A DNA stretch of 64,000 bases from a virus. Its lineage: Duplodnaviria; Caudoviricetes. The translations under genes were made by a program, and so were the position numbers. Below are positions 18,040-27,126 of the stretch, in pieces. Positions within the stretch are counted from its first letter, which is position 1, and the number at the start of each line of letters is the position of its first letter. Where the stretch lies: positions 250,290-314,289 of IMG/VR virus record IMGVR_UViG_3300046522_000316. The stretch is one strand, 5' to 3'. The notes under the pieces were generated by a model that searched no databases, was not told where the DNA came from, and saw nothing but the letters and a program-made list of their open reading frames with translations.

Positions 18040-18612
18040 TTATTGCTCCCGTTGGGCGATGCGCTGTTGCACGTAGTTGATAAGTTCGTTCGTGGTTTGC
18101 CACGTCATGTCTTCGTCAGGAATTTCGATGCTGAAATGATCCTCGACACACAACGTCAGATCGAACATTGCAATTTCGTCAGCTTCCATTTCGCTGAATG
18201 GAGTGCGGACGTTGATGTGTTCTGCGCGATAACCAAAACTACCGGCCACCATTTCGAGAATCGTGGCTTTCAATTCTGGTGCCATTTCACTCGGCATAAT
18301 TTCCTCTACTTCGTCAAAGGGCACGGTATCAGGCAGCGGGTAATTCTTGGCTGCGTCGTCAAGCGCAGCGCGCAACGTAGGCTTTGGTTCAGTTCGTTCA
18401 AACCGCCACATTAAATTGAATTCTTTGGCCGGTGTACGCTGGAACATATTCGGGTTGATCGACAGGCCGCTATTCGACAGGGCCGTGCGACGTTCCAGAT
18501 AATCGAGGCGATCAGTATCCCCGAAAAGTTCGCGCAATTTTGCAGCGAGTTTGTAATCGGATGCGCACACCAATTCGTATGCGCGTTGGCGTTCCTGTTT
18601 GGTCAGGCTCAT
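18040..18612 (-). CDS. protein with C-terminal acyl carrier protein-like domain lacking the Ppant serine
   Basis: aa ~112-187: EADEIAMFDLTLCVEDHFSIEIPDEDMTWQTTNELINYV aligns to AcpP [26 protein letters not shown]...TTV..AIDYI with Ser->Glu146. Confidence 0.75.
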   Translation of the reverse strand: MSLTKQERQRAYELVCASDYKLAAKLRELFGDTDRLDYLERRTALSNSGLSINPNMFQRTPAKEFNLMWRFERTEPKPTLRAALDDAAKNYPLPDTVPFDEVEEIMPSEMAPELKATILEMVAGSFGYRAEHINVRTPFSEMEADEIAMFDLTLCVEDHFSIEIPDEDMTWQTTNELINYVQQRIAQREQ

Positions 18613-18614
18613 GA

Positions 18615-18884
18615 TTAATTCACCAGCTTACGAATGAGAAACGACGTGCGAGCGTAACCGATTACTTTTGAATTCTTCGGTAGCTCAATTAGCTTTCCGT
18701 AGGCCTTGCGGGTTTTGTGCCCTTGGCCTTTTCCGTACCAGTACCCGGCCATCAAATGCAGACCGGGCTGGCGGGCGTTTGCACCACGCTTGATATCTTG
18801 CTGCGTGATGTTGATCGCTACCCAATGGCGGCGACCGCTACCGGTTGTTTTCGCCGGAATTTTCACTAACGACAGGTTCTTCAT
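18615..18884 (-). CDS. basic hypothetical protein
   Basis: Start reassigned to MKNLSL. Confidence 0.55.
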   Translation of the reverse strand: MKNLSLVKIPAKTTGSGRRHWVAINITQQDIKRGANARQPGLHLMAGYWYGKGQGHKTRKAYGKLIELPKNSKVIGYARTSFLIRKLVN

Positions 18885-19077
18885 TTTCGTTTTCTTCCAG
18901 ATTGCAGTCAGGGCACGGATCACAAACACTATCGACTTGACCATCACCCCACGGCACCAAACCACCGATCATTCCGTGGTCGCCGCAGGTCATGCATTTA
19001 ATTGAGGCCAATCGTTCAAGCTGTTCAGGCGTCAACGGAACCGCTGGTGCAAATGGAATATCGTTCTCGCCTTCCAT
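18838..19077 (-). CDS. small Zn-finger-like protein
   Basis: CMTCGDHG...CDPCPDC. Confidence 0.55.
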   Translation of the reverse strand: MEGENDIPFAPAVPLTPEQLERLASIKCMTCGDHGMIGGLVPWGDGQVDSVCDPCPDCNLEENENEEPVVSENSGENNR

Positions 19078-19094
19078 CGACTACCTCACACGTT

Positions 19095-19181
19095 TTAAAT
19101 TCCGCGAAGAAACCACGCGATTGCTAAAGCACAACCGACGACAGTAAACGCGCCGGGCCATGTCGTGATTACTTCTACCAT
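19095..19181 (-). CDS. 28-aa membrane peptide
   Basis: Hand-translated MVEVITTWPGAFTVVGCALAIAWFLRGI*; CAGGA SD; start overlaps upstream stop. Confidence 0.5.
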   Translation of the reverse strand: MVEVITTWPGAFTVVGCALAIAWFLRGI

Positions 19182-19444
19182 TGTTGCAATTCCTGTTCAT
19201 GGCGCCACATTTCTTTTTGACGCACGATTTCTTCCATCTGTGCGCGCAGCGGTGCTTCCTCTTCGTGCTGCTTCACACGGTCGGCGCACGTTTCGGTTTT
19301 GACGCAGTGCCCGCCAGTCCACGAACAGCCATAGCCGTTCTGGCTGGTGCCGTAAATGTGGGCATTGATTTGTGTACGCAACGGGCAATCAGAATTCCCG
19401 TGGCCCGGATGATTTGCGTGATTACCTTTTTCAGGATGAATCAT
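19175..19444 (-). CDS. Cys/His-rich hypothetical protein
   Basis: CPL...CSWTGGHC...C; coupled. Confidence 0.6.
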   Translation of the reverse strand: MIHPEKGNHANHPGHGNSDCPLRTQINAHIYGTSQNGYGCSWTGGHCVKTETCADRVKQHEEEAPLRAQMEEIVRQKEMWRHEQELQQW

Positions 19445-19908
19445 TAGTCGCCCCTTGGTGGATTACGTGGCACGCGTTTGTTTGCCAACGCACAATGAAT
19501 ACGTGTCGAATTCGCGCCGGTAGTTTTGCAAATATCGGTGTGGCCCAAACCCAATTTATCAGCCAGCCGAATCACGGCACCCAACACAAATTCAGCAGAC
19601 ACTGCGTCGGTTGGTTCATCGTGCTGGCGTGGATACGGGCGCTCTTCCAGTGGCTCAGGTTGGCGCACCACAATGAACGAACGCAAACCAATTTCGCACA
19701 GCACGTCGTAGGCTTCTGCGAGCGTGTAGCTAAGGCGCCGCCCTTTTTCGTCAACCAACGTGCGCGTCTGCCCGCCGATGAAAAACGTGATGATGAAATT
19801 GTCTTTGAAAGTCGCTTCAAACAATCGGCAAACTTCCGGTGTTTCGGTGTACGGCGCCAGAACCTTTTTGGCCCGGTTCAACGTGAGTGAATCCCCGCGT
19901 GTAGTCAC
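19444..19908 (-). CDS. hypothetical protein, possible C-terminal HTH
   Basis: LGLGHTDICKTTGANSTRIHCALANK. Confidence 0.55.
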   Translation of the reverse strand: MTTRGDSLTLNRAKKVLAPYTETPEVCRLFEATFKDNFIITFFIGGQTRTLVDEKGRRLSYTLAEAYDVLCEIGLRSFIVVRQPEPLEERPYPRQHDEPTDAVSAEFVLGAVIRLADKLGLGHTDICKTTGANSTRIHCALANKRVPRNPPRGD

Positions 19909-20360
19909 TTGCGCCTCCGCTCTTCTTTTGTCTTCGTCACGATTTTCATCATGTCGGAGAACTCGAAATTTTCGTCATTTTGGCAGCGGTAGACAATCAG
20001 TTTAAATCCGACTGTGCCCTGTTCCCACGCCGATGGATCGTTGAGGTGTTCCAGCGTCTTTGCGTCGAACGCACCCATGCGGAAAGTGTTTGAGAAATGG
20101 CCGTCTGCCGTATTTAACCAAACCGCTTTTTCATTCGGTTTAAGTTCTTCTTTTACCCACGCTTCGATTGCCTTCACCACGCCTTCATAACTCAGGTCGT
20201 AGTCGATGCCGGTGTGGCCCTTCGGCGGCACGGCACCCGGTGGATTCAGATGCGGATACCAGTAGTCGATACTCGGCGTCATAATGTTGAGGCCTGTGTG
20301 TTCGTACTCGTATGCGTAAATCGGCATACGTGACAATACAGCATCCCAATCAATTTTCAT
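19905..20360 (-). CDS. hypothetical protein
   Basis: GGAGG SD; coupled. Confidence 0.65.
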   Translation of the reverse strand: MKIDWDAVLSRMPIYAYEYEHTGLNIMTPSIDYWYPHLNPPGAVPPKGHTGIDYDLSYEGVVKAIEAWVKEELKPNEKAVWLNTADGHFSNTFRMGAFDAKTLEHLNDPSAWEQGTVGFKLIVYRCQNDENFEFSDMMKIVTKTKEERRRK

Positions 20361-20722
20361 TGTCCCTCCTGCAAATTGTTCCGTCGCACAAATCCGAAGC
20401 TCAACACGTAGCGCGTGCCCGCAACAACAGGCGTCACGCTGTGCAGATGCAGATCAGGCCGGAAGAAAGTGAAAAAACGATTACTGAAAATTGCACCAGC
20501 GTGTTCCGGTACACCACCATCCTTTGCGTTCCACAAATAAACGTTCAGCCGGTAATGCTTGTGGTCTGGCACAGGATCGCGATGCTTTGGAATTCCAGAT
20601 CCCACCGGATAACGCAGCAGGTACAAATCCCATTTGAAGCGACTGAAAAACTTCCAACGATTTAGGAGTTTCAGTTTTTCATAACCGGTTCCCTGTCGGC
20701 CCGGTTCCCAATTGAATCGCAT
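20357..20722 (-). CDS. 2OG-Fe(II) oxygenase (prolyl-4-hydroxylase-like)
   Basis: LLRYPVGSGIPKHRDP (HxD), LHSVTPV (His), GTRYVLSFG (2OG-binding Arg). Confidence 0.8.
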   Translation of the reverse strand: MRFNWEPGRQGTGYEKLKLLNRWKFFSRFKWDLYLLRYPVGSGIPKHRDPVPDHKHYRLNVYLWNAKDGGVPEHAGAIFSNRFFTFFRPDLHLHSVTPVVAGTRYVLSFGFVRRNNLQEGQ

Positions 20723-20725
20723 GGC

Positions 20726-21004
20726 CTACACCTTTTCGATTGCTGCAAAGCCACGATGTTGCAAGTAACTGCTAGCCCATGACAGGACGGCCCGCGATTC
20801 TGCGTCAGGATTGACCCGCACAACTTCGAAGGTTTTGTCGGCATTAACCCGGATGGAAAATTCAGCATCCGTTCTAGGAATTACCGCGTCAATTACACAC
20901 GCGTCGTCTTGCGGTTCGATGTTGCAGAAAATCACATCGTAAACACCAAGCAATTCATCTTGCATTTGAGTGCATACGACTTCTGTGTTGATACCGATGT
21001 TCAT
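20726..21004 (-). CDS. hypothetical protein
   Basis: GAGG SD. Confidence 0.55.
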   Translation of the reverse strand: MNIGINTEVVCTQMQDELLGVYDVIFCNIEPQDDACVIDAVIPRTDAEFSIRVNADKTFEVVRVNPDAESRAVLSWASSYLQHRGFAAIEKV

Positions 21005-21065
21005 AAAAACCGACCTCGGAATTAATGGCGCACGTTTTTGAACAGAACGTGCAAACTGTTAGGCC

Positions 21066-21494
21066 TTACTGTGCAGCGCCGCCTTTCAGTTCCAGCAGGC
21101 GAGCTTCCAGAGCTTCGACCGACAGGTCTTCCAGTGCCGCGTCTTTCTTCTTGGCGAGAGTGTCGGAGATTTTCGCGATTTCGGTTTCGCGTGCTTTCTG
21201 TTCGGTCTTCGCTTTGTTTTCAGCAACGCGGGTGTCGATGATGCTTTTCACCACGTCGAAACGCAGCTGAATCACCGGATCTTTTTTCGCGCCGGAAACG
21301 AAGCTTTTGTTTTTGCCTTTTTCCAGCTGTTCGTCGAGGTCGATTGCCAGCGAATCGAGGCTCGCTTTGTTGGAGCCGCGTGCGGTCAACGGCAGATCCC
21401 ACAGGTCTTCGACCGACAGCTTACCGATTGGAGTGTCGAAGCGCAGTTTCTGGCGGGTAGCTTGTTCGAAAACGTTTGCGATTTCAGTAGTCAT
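21066..21494 (-). CDS. conserved-type phage coiled-coil protein (KLRF...G.LSVEDLWDL family)
   Basis: Motif KLRFDTPIGKLSVEDLWDLPL; heptad-rich C-terminus. Confidence 0.7.
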   Translation of the reverse strand: MTTEIANVFEQATRQKLRFDTPIGKLSVEDLWDLPLTARGSNKASLDSLAIDLDEQLEKGKNKSFVSGAKKDPVIQLRFDVVKSIIDTRVAENKAKTEQKARETEIAKISDTLAKKKDAALEDLSVEALEARLLELKGGAAQ

Positions 21495-21526
21495 TTTTCA
21501 GTTCTCTTTTTTCAGGTTTTACGGGA

Positions 21527-23545
21527 TTAGAATTTTACGTTCAGGATGCGATTGATTGCGCCCTTCACACGGACTTGCAGTTCAGCACGATCATTGACCG
21601 AGAAGCCAAGGCCGCTCAATTGGTCAGCGCTCGCAGGCACTTTCATTTGCGCGGAAACCGCTTCGAAAGCTTTGCGATGTTTGCTCAGTTCATCGCGCAG
21701 GTATTCGTTGTAGAAACCACGGGTGCCCTCTTCGTTCACGCAGCCTTTGAGCATAAAGAAAACATGCTCATGGCCCACGGCTTGATCGTTCCAGAAGTTT
21801 GGCGACTTCGTGATCAAATCAACCGGTGTCCATTCTTCGGTTTTGACGCCCCAGTTTTCAACCGAGGAACCTACGCCGCCGAGAATGCCTTCGCCTTCGA
21901 TGCTGATATTGCCCGCCGCATCGACGTTGATATAACCAACGGTAACGCGACGATCATTGCCCAGCGCCATTGGATGCGCGAAGCTATAGATTTTGCCCAG
22001 CACTTCAATTTCAACGTCGAAGCCGACATTATTGGTGGAACGCTGCGACCAGTTGTGAACCTTAATTTCGTAGCGGCCACGGTTGATATCGCCTTTGGCA
22101 GTCCAGAAAATGTTTTCCACTGGATCAACACTGTTCTTGGCGGAACCGGCGTTCATGTCCACATCGAGCGTGGCACCGAAAACTTTACGGGTACGGAAGT
22201 CGCAAACGTCACGACCATTGTTTACGCTCAGGTCGAGGTCATCGCCGTTCTGCCACGAAAGCGAAACGCGAATATCGCCGTCGATTTTACCGCCTGCTTT
22301 TTTCACACGTTCGCGAATCGACGACGAAGTAACTTCACCGATGTACGACCACGAAAATGGGTTGTCCCATTTCAGCAGTGGTTTCGCATCCGGATTAACC
22401 GGGGCGATCAGGGAAACGAAACTGGCGGTGTGTTCGCTCTTCACCAGCACTTCGAGGGTATCGGCTTTCGGCAAAACTTTCTTGATGAAATCTTTGATCG
22501 AAATGTCTTCAACATCGTTCAGCACTGGAACGTTTTTCTTGGTCGGTTTGATGCTGCCAAACGCGCCGCCCAGCAGTTGCTTTTTCACCGTGCCGTCAAC
22601 GAACAAAACGTCGTTAACCGAAATGTCTTCACGCACCGCATAACGACGCGCCAGCGAATCACCGAGGCCCAGTTTCTCGACCAGCTTTTCAGCTTCGTCG
22701 ATCATTTTCTGAGTGACCAACGCTTTCGAACGTTTGTAGTTCGGGCCAGCGGTTTTGAATTCGAAAGCCTTCACGGCGTTTTCGAGTTCCATGCCTTTGG
22801 TGATATCCGACAGCAGCGTGCCCACAACGTCGTTGAGAATGCGGGTGTGTGGCGTCGAATTCTTCCACAGGAAAATTTCACGACCGCGTTCGGTTTTCAG
22901 CTTGGCGTAATCCGCTTTCAGCTTGCGCAGCGCTACAACTTTCTTGCGCTTTTCGTCGCCTTTGTACAGCGAGTCGGTGTCGATCAGATCCATCACGATA
23001 TCAATCGCGAAATCCGAGATTTCATTGATCGAACGTTCCAGCAGATTTTTGTCTGCGTTGGATTCACCGATGTAGTCAGTTGGGTTTTTATCCCAACGGA
23101 AAAGCGCAGGCACCAGACCGTGGAAGTGGTGCCACACTTCGCCCGTTTCTTGGCTGGTGGTTTTCGCACAACCGTATTGCGGCATTTCCGCAATGAAACG
23201 GTTTTTGATTTTCAGCGAACGCACCTTCGCCGCCATTGCATCGGCCACCGCTTGATGCGTTGGATCATCGACCTGCACATCCCACACGGTCAGCAGCTTA
23301 CCTTTCTCGGCGTACACGACAGCACCGAGGTTGCGCACGAAGTTGTGGCAGGTATTGCACTCGTATTCGCGACGTTCACGGAACATCGGGTTGGTGCCTT
23401 CAGGGAACGACGCAAGGTAATGCGCCCACAATTCGTCACCGTGGATATCAACGAGGAAAACGCTGTTCTTTTTCCCTTCGTCTTTTTGCAGCATCGAATT
23501 GTAGTTTGCAGTTACAGCCTGACCGAATTTCGAAAAATCACTCAT
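21527..23545 (-). CDS. 672-aa protein with N-terminal Cys/His cluster and YfaP/DUF2135-like C-terminal beta domain
   Basis: ECNTCHNF and WHHFH motifs; DIRVSLSW.NGDDLDL...LDVDMN...PVENIFW...GRYEIKVHNW. Confidence 0.75.
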   Translation of the reverse strand: MSDFSKFGQAVTANYNSMLQKDEGKKNSVFLVDIHGDELWAHYLASFPEGTNPMFRERREYECNTCHNFVRNLGAVVYAEKGKLLTVWDVQVDDPTHQAVADAMAAKVRSLKIKNRFIAEMPQYGCAKTTSQETGEVWHHFHGLVPALFRWDKNPTDYIGESNADKNLLERSINEISDFAIDIVMDLIDTDSLYKGDEKRKKVVALRKLKADYAKLKTERGREIFLWKNSTPHTRILNDVVGTLLSDITKGMELENAVKAFEFKTAGPNYKRSKALVTQKMIDEAEKLVEKLGLGDSLARRYAVREDISVNDVLFVDGTVKKQLLGGAFGSIKPTKKNVPVLNDVEDISIKDFIKKVLPKADTLEVLVKSEHTASFVSLIAPVNPDAKPLLKWDNPFSWSYIGEVTSSSIRERVKKAGGKIDGDIRVSLSWQNGDDLDLSVNNGRDVCDFRTRKVFGATLDVDMNAGSAKNSVDPVENIFWTAKGDINRGRYEIKVHNWSQRSTNNVGFDVEIEVLGKIYSFAHPMALGNDRRVTVGYINVDAAGNISIEGEGILGGVGSSVENWGVKTEEWTPVDLITKSPNFWNDQAVGHEHVFFMLKGCVNEEGTRGFYNEYLRDELSKHRKAFEAVSAQMKVPASADQLSGLGFSVNDRAELQVRVKGAINRILNVKF

Positions 23546-23597
23546 GTACTTACACTTCCTTCATGTTGGTATATTTTTAGGATCGCTTGGCACGCAA

Positions 23598-23843
23598 TTA
23601 CATTTCGCGTTTGCTTTTGTCTTTGCGTAATTCGCCAACGAATCCGAGGTCTTTTTTGCAGCCCAAACAAATGCCGTGACAGGCCATGTTTTCGCGGTAG
23701 GCTTTGTGCGGGCACCGCCACTGCTTGAGCTTGTCGAGGAACGCCAGCAAGACGACCACGGCAATCAGCACCAGTAGGAGGGTCATTCCCACTGCCATTT
23801 CTGCCAGCGTCTTGGAAATCCAAAACCAGAAATAGTCGAACAT
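23598..23843 (-). CDS. small membrane protein with Cys/His motif
   Basis: TM followed by CPH...CLGC. Confidence 0.6.
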   Translation of the reverse strand: MFDYFWFWISKTLAEMAVGMTLLLVLIAVVVLLAFLDKLKQWRCPHKAYRENMACHGICLGCKKDLGFVGELRKDKSKREM

Positions 23844-23844
23844 T

Positions 23845-24255
23845 TTATCCCCGCTTTTTGCCGATGAAAGATTGCTCTTTACGGAACGCCTCGCTCCAGA
23901 TATCGGCGTGGTCGTTGTTGATATCGACGTAGGGATTATCCTTACCGCCGAAACCTTCCTGCGCCATCATCTTGCCCATTTGCGCCGGGCTGTATTCTTC
24001 GAACTCATGTTCGCGAACATACAGGATGGAAATGCGGGCGCCGCCTTTGTCGATATTCACTTCTTCCATGATCGGATCGGTCATTTGACGAAGCGAAGGG
24101 CCATACGACCAGACGCACATAGAGCCTTCGTAAACCGACTGCCATTCGTGTTTTTGGTACGCTTGGATTTTTACGGTTACATCAAAACGGCGTTTGCACT
24201 TTACGAATTTCAACGGCATTACATATTCCTCATTTTTTCCATCAAAGCATCCCAC
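23845..24255 (-). CDS. hypothetical protein
   Basis: Tiled ORF; start may be MPLKF. Confidence 0.55.
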   Translation of the reverse strand: MGCFDGKNEEYVMPLKFVKCKRRFDVTVKIQAYQKHEWQSVYEGSMCVWSYGPSLRQMTDPIMEEVNIDKGGARISILYVREHEFEEYSPAQMGKMMAQEGFGGKDNPYVDINNDHADIWSEAFRKEQSFIGKKRG

Positions 24256-24431
24256 ACGTCACGCGGGCGGTCATTGCGGGTGAACGGTACGCAGCGGTCG
24301 GCGTCGAGGCCAAAGCTCGCTACGGTATCGGCTGGCACATCCTCAACAGCGTGAGTAATTGCCTCGGCCATGTTTACGCCGGTTTTCGGTTCGTACCGAT
24401 CATCGACGATTTCATAAGAACGATTTTCCAT
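24219..24431 (-). CDS. hypothetical protein
   Basis: GAGGA SD. Confidence 0.55.
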   Translation of the reverse strand: MENRSYEIVDDRYEPKTGVNMAEAITHAVEDVPADTVASFGLDADRCVPFTRNDRPRDVWDALMEKMRNM

Positions 24432-24468
24432 TTTGTATTTCCTCGCCTTCCTCAGTGCAGCAATTCGC

Positions 24469-25149
24469 TCACGGATTCAGATGCAGTTGGTATTTCTCGA
24501 CCATGTGAGCCAAACCCGGATGGGCACAACCCATGGAACCTTTCATCATGTTGATCATTTGCCCAACGAACCACGCACGGGTTTCGTATTGCTTGTGAGG
24601 CTTTTTGCCGTCGCCTGCAATCGTGAATTCGTTTTCCTTGTACCCGGCAGCTTCAAGCAACGGCAGAAGCTCGGCGCCGTAGTGCTTGATATTTACATTA
24701 TCTGCCAACTCGATGTATTCCTTCAGCAGAAGCATCAAGCGGCAGGCAACCCAGTCGTTCGGCTGAATGTTGGAACCGCCGTGCGTCGCTGCCCAGTCCG
24801 TCAGAATCTTTTTGATTTCTGCCACGTAACTGTTCATCTTTTCCTGATTGTCCAACGTCTGCAAACGGCGGCTTTCTTCTGCCTGTTTGTATTCGTCGGA
24901 TTGGCGGTAAGCTTCGGCGTTATCGTCCGAAACTTTTTTGTACACCAGATAAGCCAGTTCAGGGTCATCGGTATAAACCAGATTCAGCGTGACGCCGTTG
25001 CACACCAGCACGCCTTTGACTTGCTGCCCGGCGTCCTTTTTTTGTTTGAGGATTACCAGCGCTTCTTTGATGCTTTCGCGAATGCTGTACCCGCCAATGC
25101 CTTCGAAGTGGTAAACAGCACCTTCACGCTTTACGATATCGACAGCCAT
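24469..25149 (-). CDS. hypothetical protein
   Basis: AAGGA SD; coupled. Confidence 0.7.
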   Translation of the reverse strand: MAVDIVKREGAVYHFEGIGGYSIRESIKEALVILKQKKDAGQQVKGVLVCNGVTLNLVYTDDPELAYLVYKKVSDDNAEAYRQSDEYKQAEESRRLQTLDNQEKMNSYVAEIKKILTDWAATHGGSNIQPNDWVACRLMLLLKEYIELADNVNIKHYGAELLPLLEAAGYKENEFTIAGDGKKPHKQYETRAWFVGQMINMMKGSMGCAHPGLAHMVEKYQLHLNP

Positions 25150-25397
25150 TATTTCGGTTCCTTCTGCAATGTGTTGTAGGCCTGATCGCGCAAATGTTCC
25201 AGCTGCGAAGCGACCAAAGATTCTTCACGATTGAGCAAATAATTCTGCCCGGTTTCTTGCATGCGGCGGTGCGCTAATTCTCGCATCGCTTCCAGCACGC
25301 CGAGAGCGTATGTGTAATCTGCGCGGGCTTGCTTGTAGTCGGTGAACGTTGTACACGAATAACTTACGTTGGCTGGGGTTTGATCGGGCGTTGGCAT
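25149..25397 (-). CDS. hypothetical protein
   Basis: Start reassigned to MPTPDQ (GGAGG SD). Confidence 0.55.
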   Translation of the reverse strand: MPTPDQTPANVSYSCTTFTDYKQARADYTYALGVLEAMRELAHRRMQETGQNYLLNREESLVASQLEHLRDQAYNTLQKEPK

Positions 25398-25909
25398 ACG
25401 TCTTCCTCCTGTGCCAGTTCCACGATTTCGATATTCTGCAACCAACCGAAACCGACAAGGCCGTGGTGATGATGGAAAATCTTCAGTGCGAAATTCTGCA
25501 CTTCGTCCGGTCGCAAATAAATGGGCAACCAGTGGCCCCACTCAACGCAAACGTCTTCTTTCCGTTCGCGCAGCCAGTCTTTGTATTCACAGTTATCGAG
25601 GTTCGGCTGCTGCCATGGATGCGCGACCACAAAATTGTGGAATTTCACATGCGGATCGGATGGACTGAAACCGCCACCACTTTCGCAATTAATCAGCCAC
25701 GCATATTCCCACCATACGCGACTGTCATGCTTGAACTTTTTCCACGCAGGATCGAACACCGTCATGGCCGACAAATAATCGTCAGCCTGTTGTGCCAGCA
25801 TGACAACTTCGTCGAATTCCATGTGGCCGTAAACCTGACGCAGGTTGCGCAATTTCATTTCGCACAACCGGGTAACGAATCCGCTTTTCGGTTTTTGTTC
25901 TTCAGACAT
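25364..25909 (-). CDS. hypothetical protein
   Basis: AAGGA SD; tiled. Confidence 0.65.
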   Translation of the reverse strand: MSEEQKPKSGFVTRLCEMKLRNLRQVYGHMEFDEVVMLAQQADDYLSAMTVFDPAWKKFKHDSRVWWEYAWLINCESGGGFSPSDPHVKFHNFVVAHPWQQPNLDNCEYKDWLRERKEDVCVEWGHWLPIYLRPDEVQNFALKIFHHHHGLVGFGWLQNIEIVELAQEEDVCQRPIKPQPT

Positions 25910-26795
25910 TTACAGATTCCTTGTGCAAGGCCCTTGCGAGAATATCCGGGTCATACGTCGAACCCGAATCAATGCATTTCACCCGGCACCCTTTGACCAG
26001 TTCGTAAGCCGCTTCATTCACCAGCAGAACGTCACCGTGATTGAGGGCGATTGTGTGCAGTGATTCGCCGTTGATATCCAACACCGCGCTAGGCATGTGC
26101 AGCAAGGCCCTTGAGAGCGCCGTAGAGGCCCAATCGCCGTGTGACTTAACGTTGATTACCAGTGCATGCGAAAACCCTTTACGCCAGCCCACACGACGCG
26201 GATGCAGCGCGGCTTCCAGCATCCGGCGACCGTTGGCAACTTCCACCAGCGGTTCAGCCTGCTTTGCACTAGGTTTGCGTTTACCCGGTTTCGATTCATC
26301 ACCGATTTTGCAAACGTCGATGTAGTTCACGCGGAAAACCATCGTGTAACCGAGTTCCTGCATTTCCTCAACACAGGCCTGATTAAACGCCGGGTTGTCG
26401 TTGGGCCAGATGGTTGCAACGTTCCGGAACTTCGCAGGGGAAAGTCGCAACAGCTTTTCATTCGTTTCGACGAAAAGCTGTTTCAGCCGCATACAGATGT
26501 TTTCGATAATTGCGGGCCACTGATCAGGCTCCACATTCGTGACCGGCAACCGGGAAATAAAACAGGCGTCGGCACCGATTTGAATTTTGTAACCACGCTC
26601 GCCCATCAGTTCACGCAGAGCGCGCTGATTCGGATTGGTCAGCGGAGTGAAACCGTAGTCCGTTGCCAACGCGTTTACGGTGCGGCGTGGAATGCGCACC
26701 TTTGGATTATCCGAACCACCAACACGACCAATCAAATCGTCAGCGAATTTGTGGAACTGCTTGCTGAATTCCACACGCGGTTTAGGATGCTGCAT
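25902..26795 (-). CDS. hypothetical protein
   Basis: Tiled ORF. Confidence 0.65.
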   Translation of the reverse strand: MQHPKPRVEFSKQFHKFADDLIGRVGGSDNPKVRIPRRTVNALATDYGFTPLTNPNQRALRELMGERGYKIQIGADACFISRLPVTNVEPDQWPAIIENICMRLKQLFVETNEKLLRLSPAKFRNVATIWPNDNPAFNQACVEEMQELGYTMVFRVNYIDVCKIGDESKPGKRKPSAKQAEPLVEVANGRRMLEAALHPRRVGWRKGFSHALVINVKSHGDWASTALSRALLHMPSAVLDINGESLHTIALNHGDVLLVNEAAYELVKGCRVKCIDSGSTYDPDILARALHKESVNV

Positions 26796-27126
26796 TTTGC
26801 GGTTCCTGTGCAGGCGAATGTGCGCCGATCATTTCCAGAATTTCGTTGATGTGGTCAGCGCCCTTTTCTTTCATGCGTGGGCCGTAGGCTTCCATAAATT
26901 CGTTATGCCGTTGCGTTACACGACGCACCGAATCATTCACATTTGCCGGACTGGCCCCAGTTTGTTCAGCGGCCACTTTCTGCGTGAGTCCTTCGACCAA
27001 AACCAGATACGCGCCCTTCGTGGATTTTACCGACAGGTCTGTGCGCATCCATTTTGCATGCACCAGAAATTCAGCTTCGGTTAGGGTTGGGTATTCTTTC
27101 CGTGGTACACATCCGCCGTAATACAT
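26782..27126 (-). CDS. TrfB/KorA-like HTH transcriptional regulator
   Basis: LTEAEF...GAYLVLVEGLTQKVAAEQTGASPANVNDSVRR matches the KorA-type HTH pattern. Confidence 0.65.
   Translation of the reverse strand: MYYGGCVPRKEYPTLTEAEFLVHAKWMRTDLSVKSTKGAYLVLVEGLTQKVAAEQTGASPANVNDSVRRVTQRHNEFMEAYGPRMKEKGADHINEILEMIGAHSPAQEPQNAAS

Noticed and set aside
21575-23728. 717-aa + strand ORF (likewise 84..875, 7184..8203, 43762..45324, 56797..58362, 10065..11015 and other long + ORFs)
   Set aside because: Exact antisense shadows of well-formed - strand genes; F/V/R/H-rich composition, no RBS or motifs. They arise from codon bias on the coding strand.
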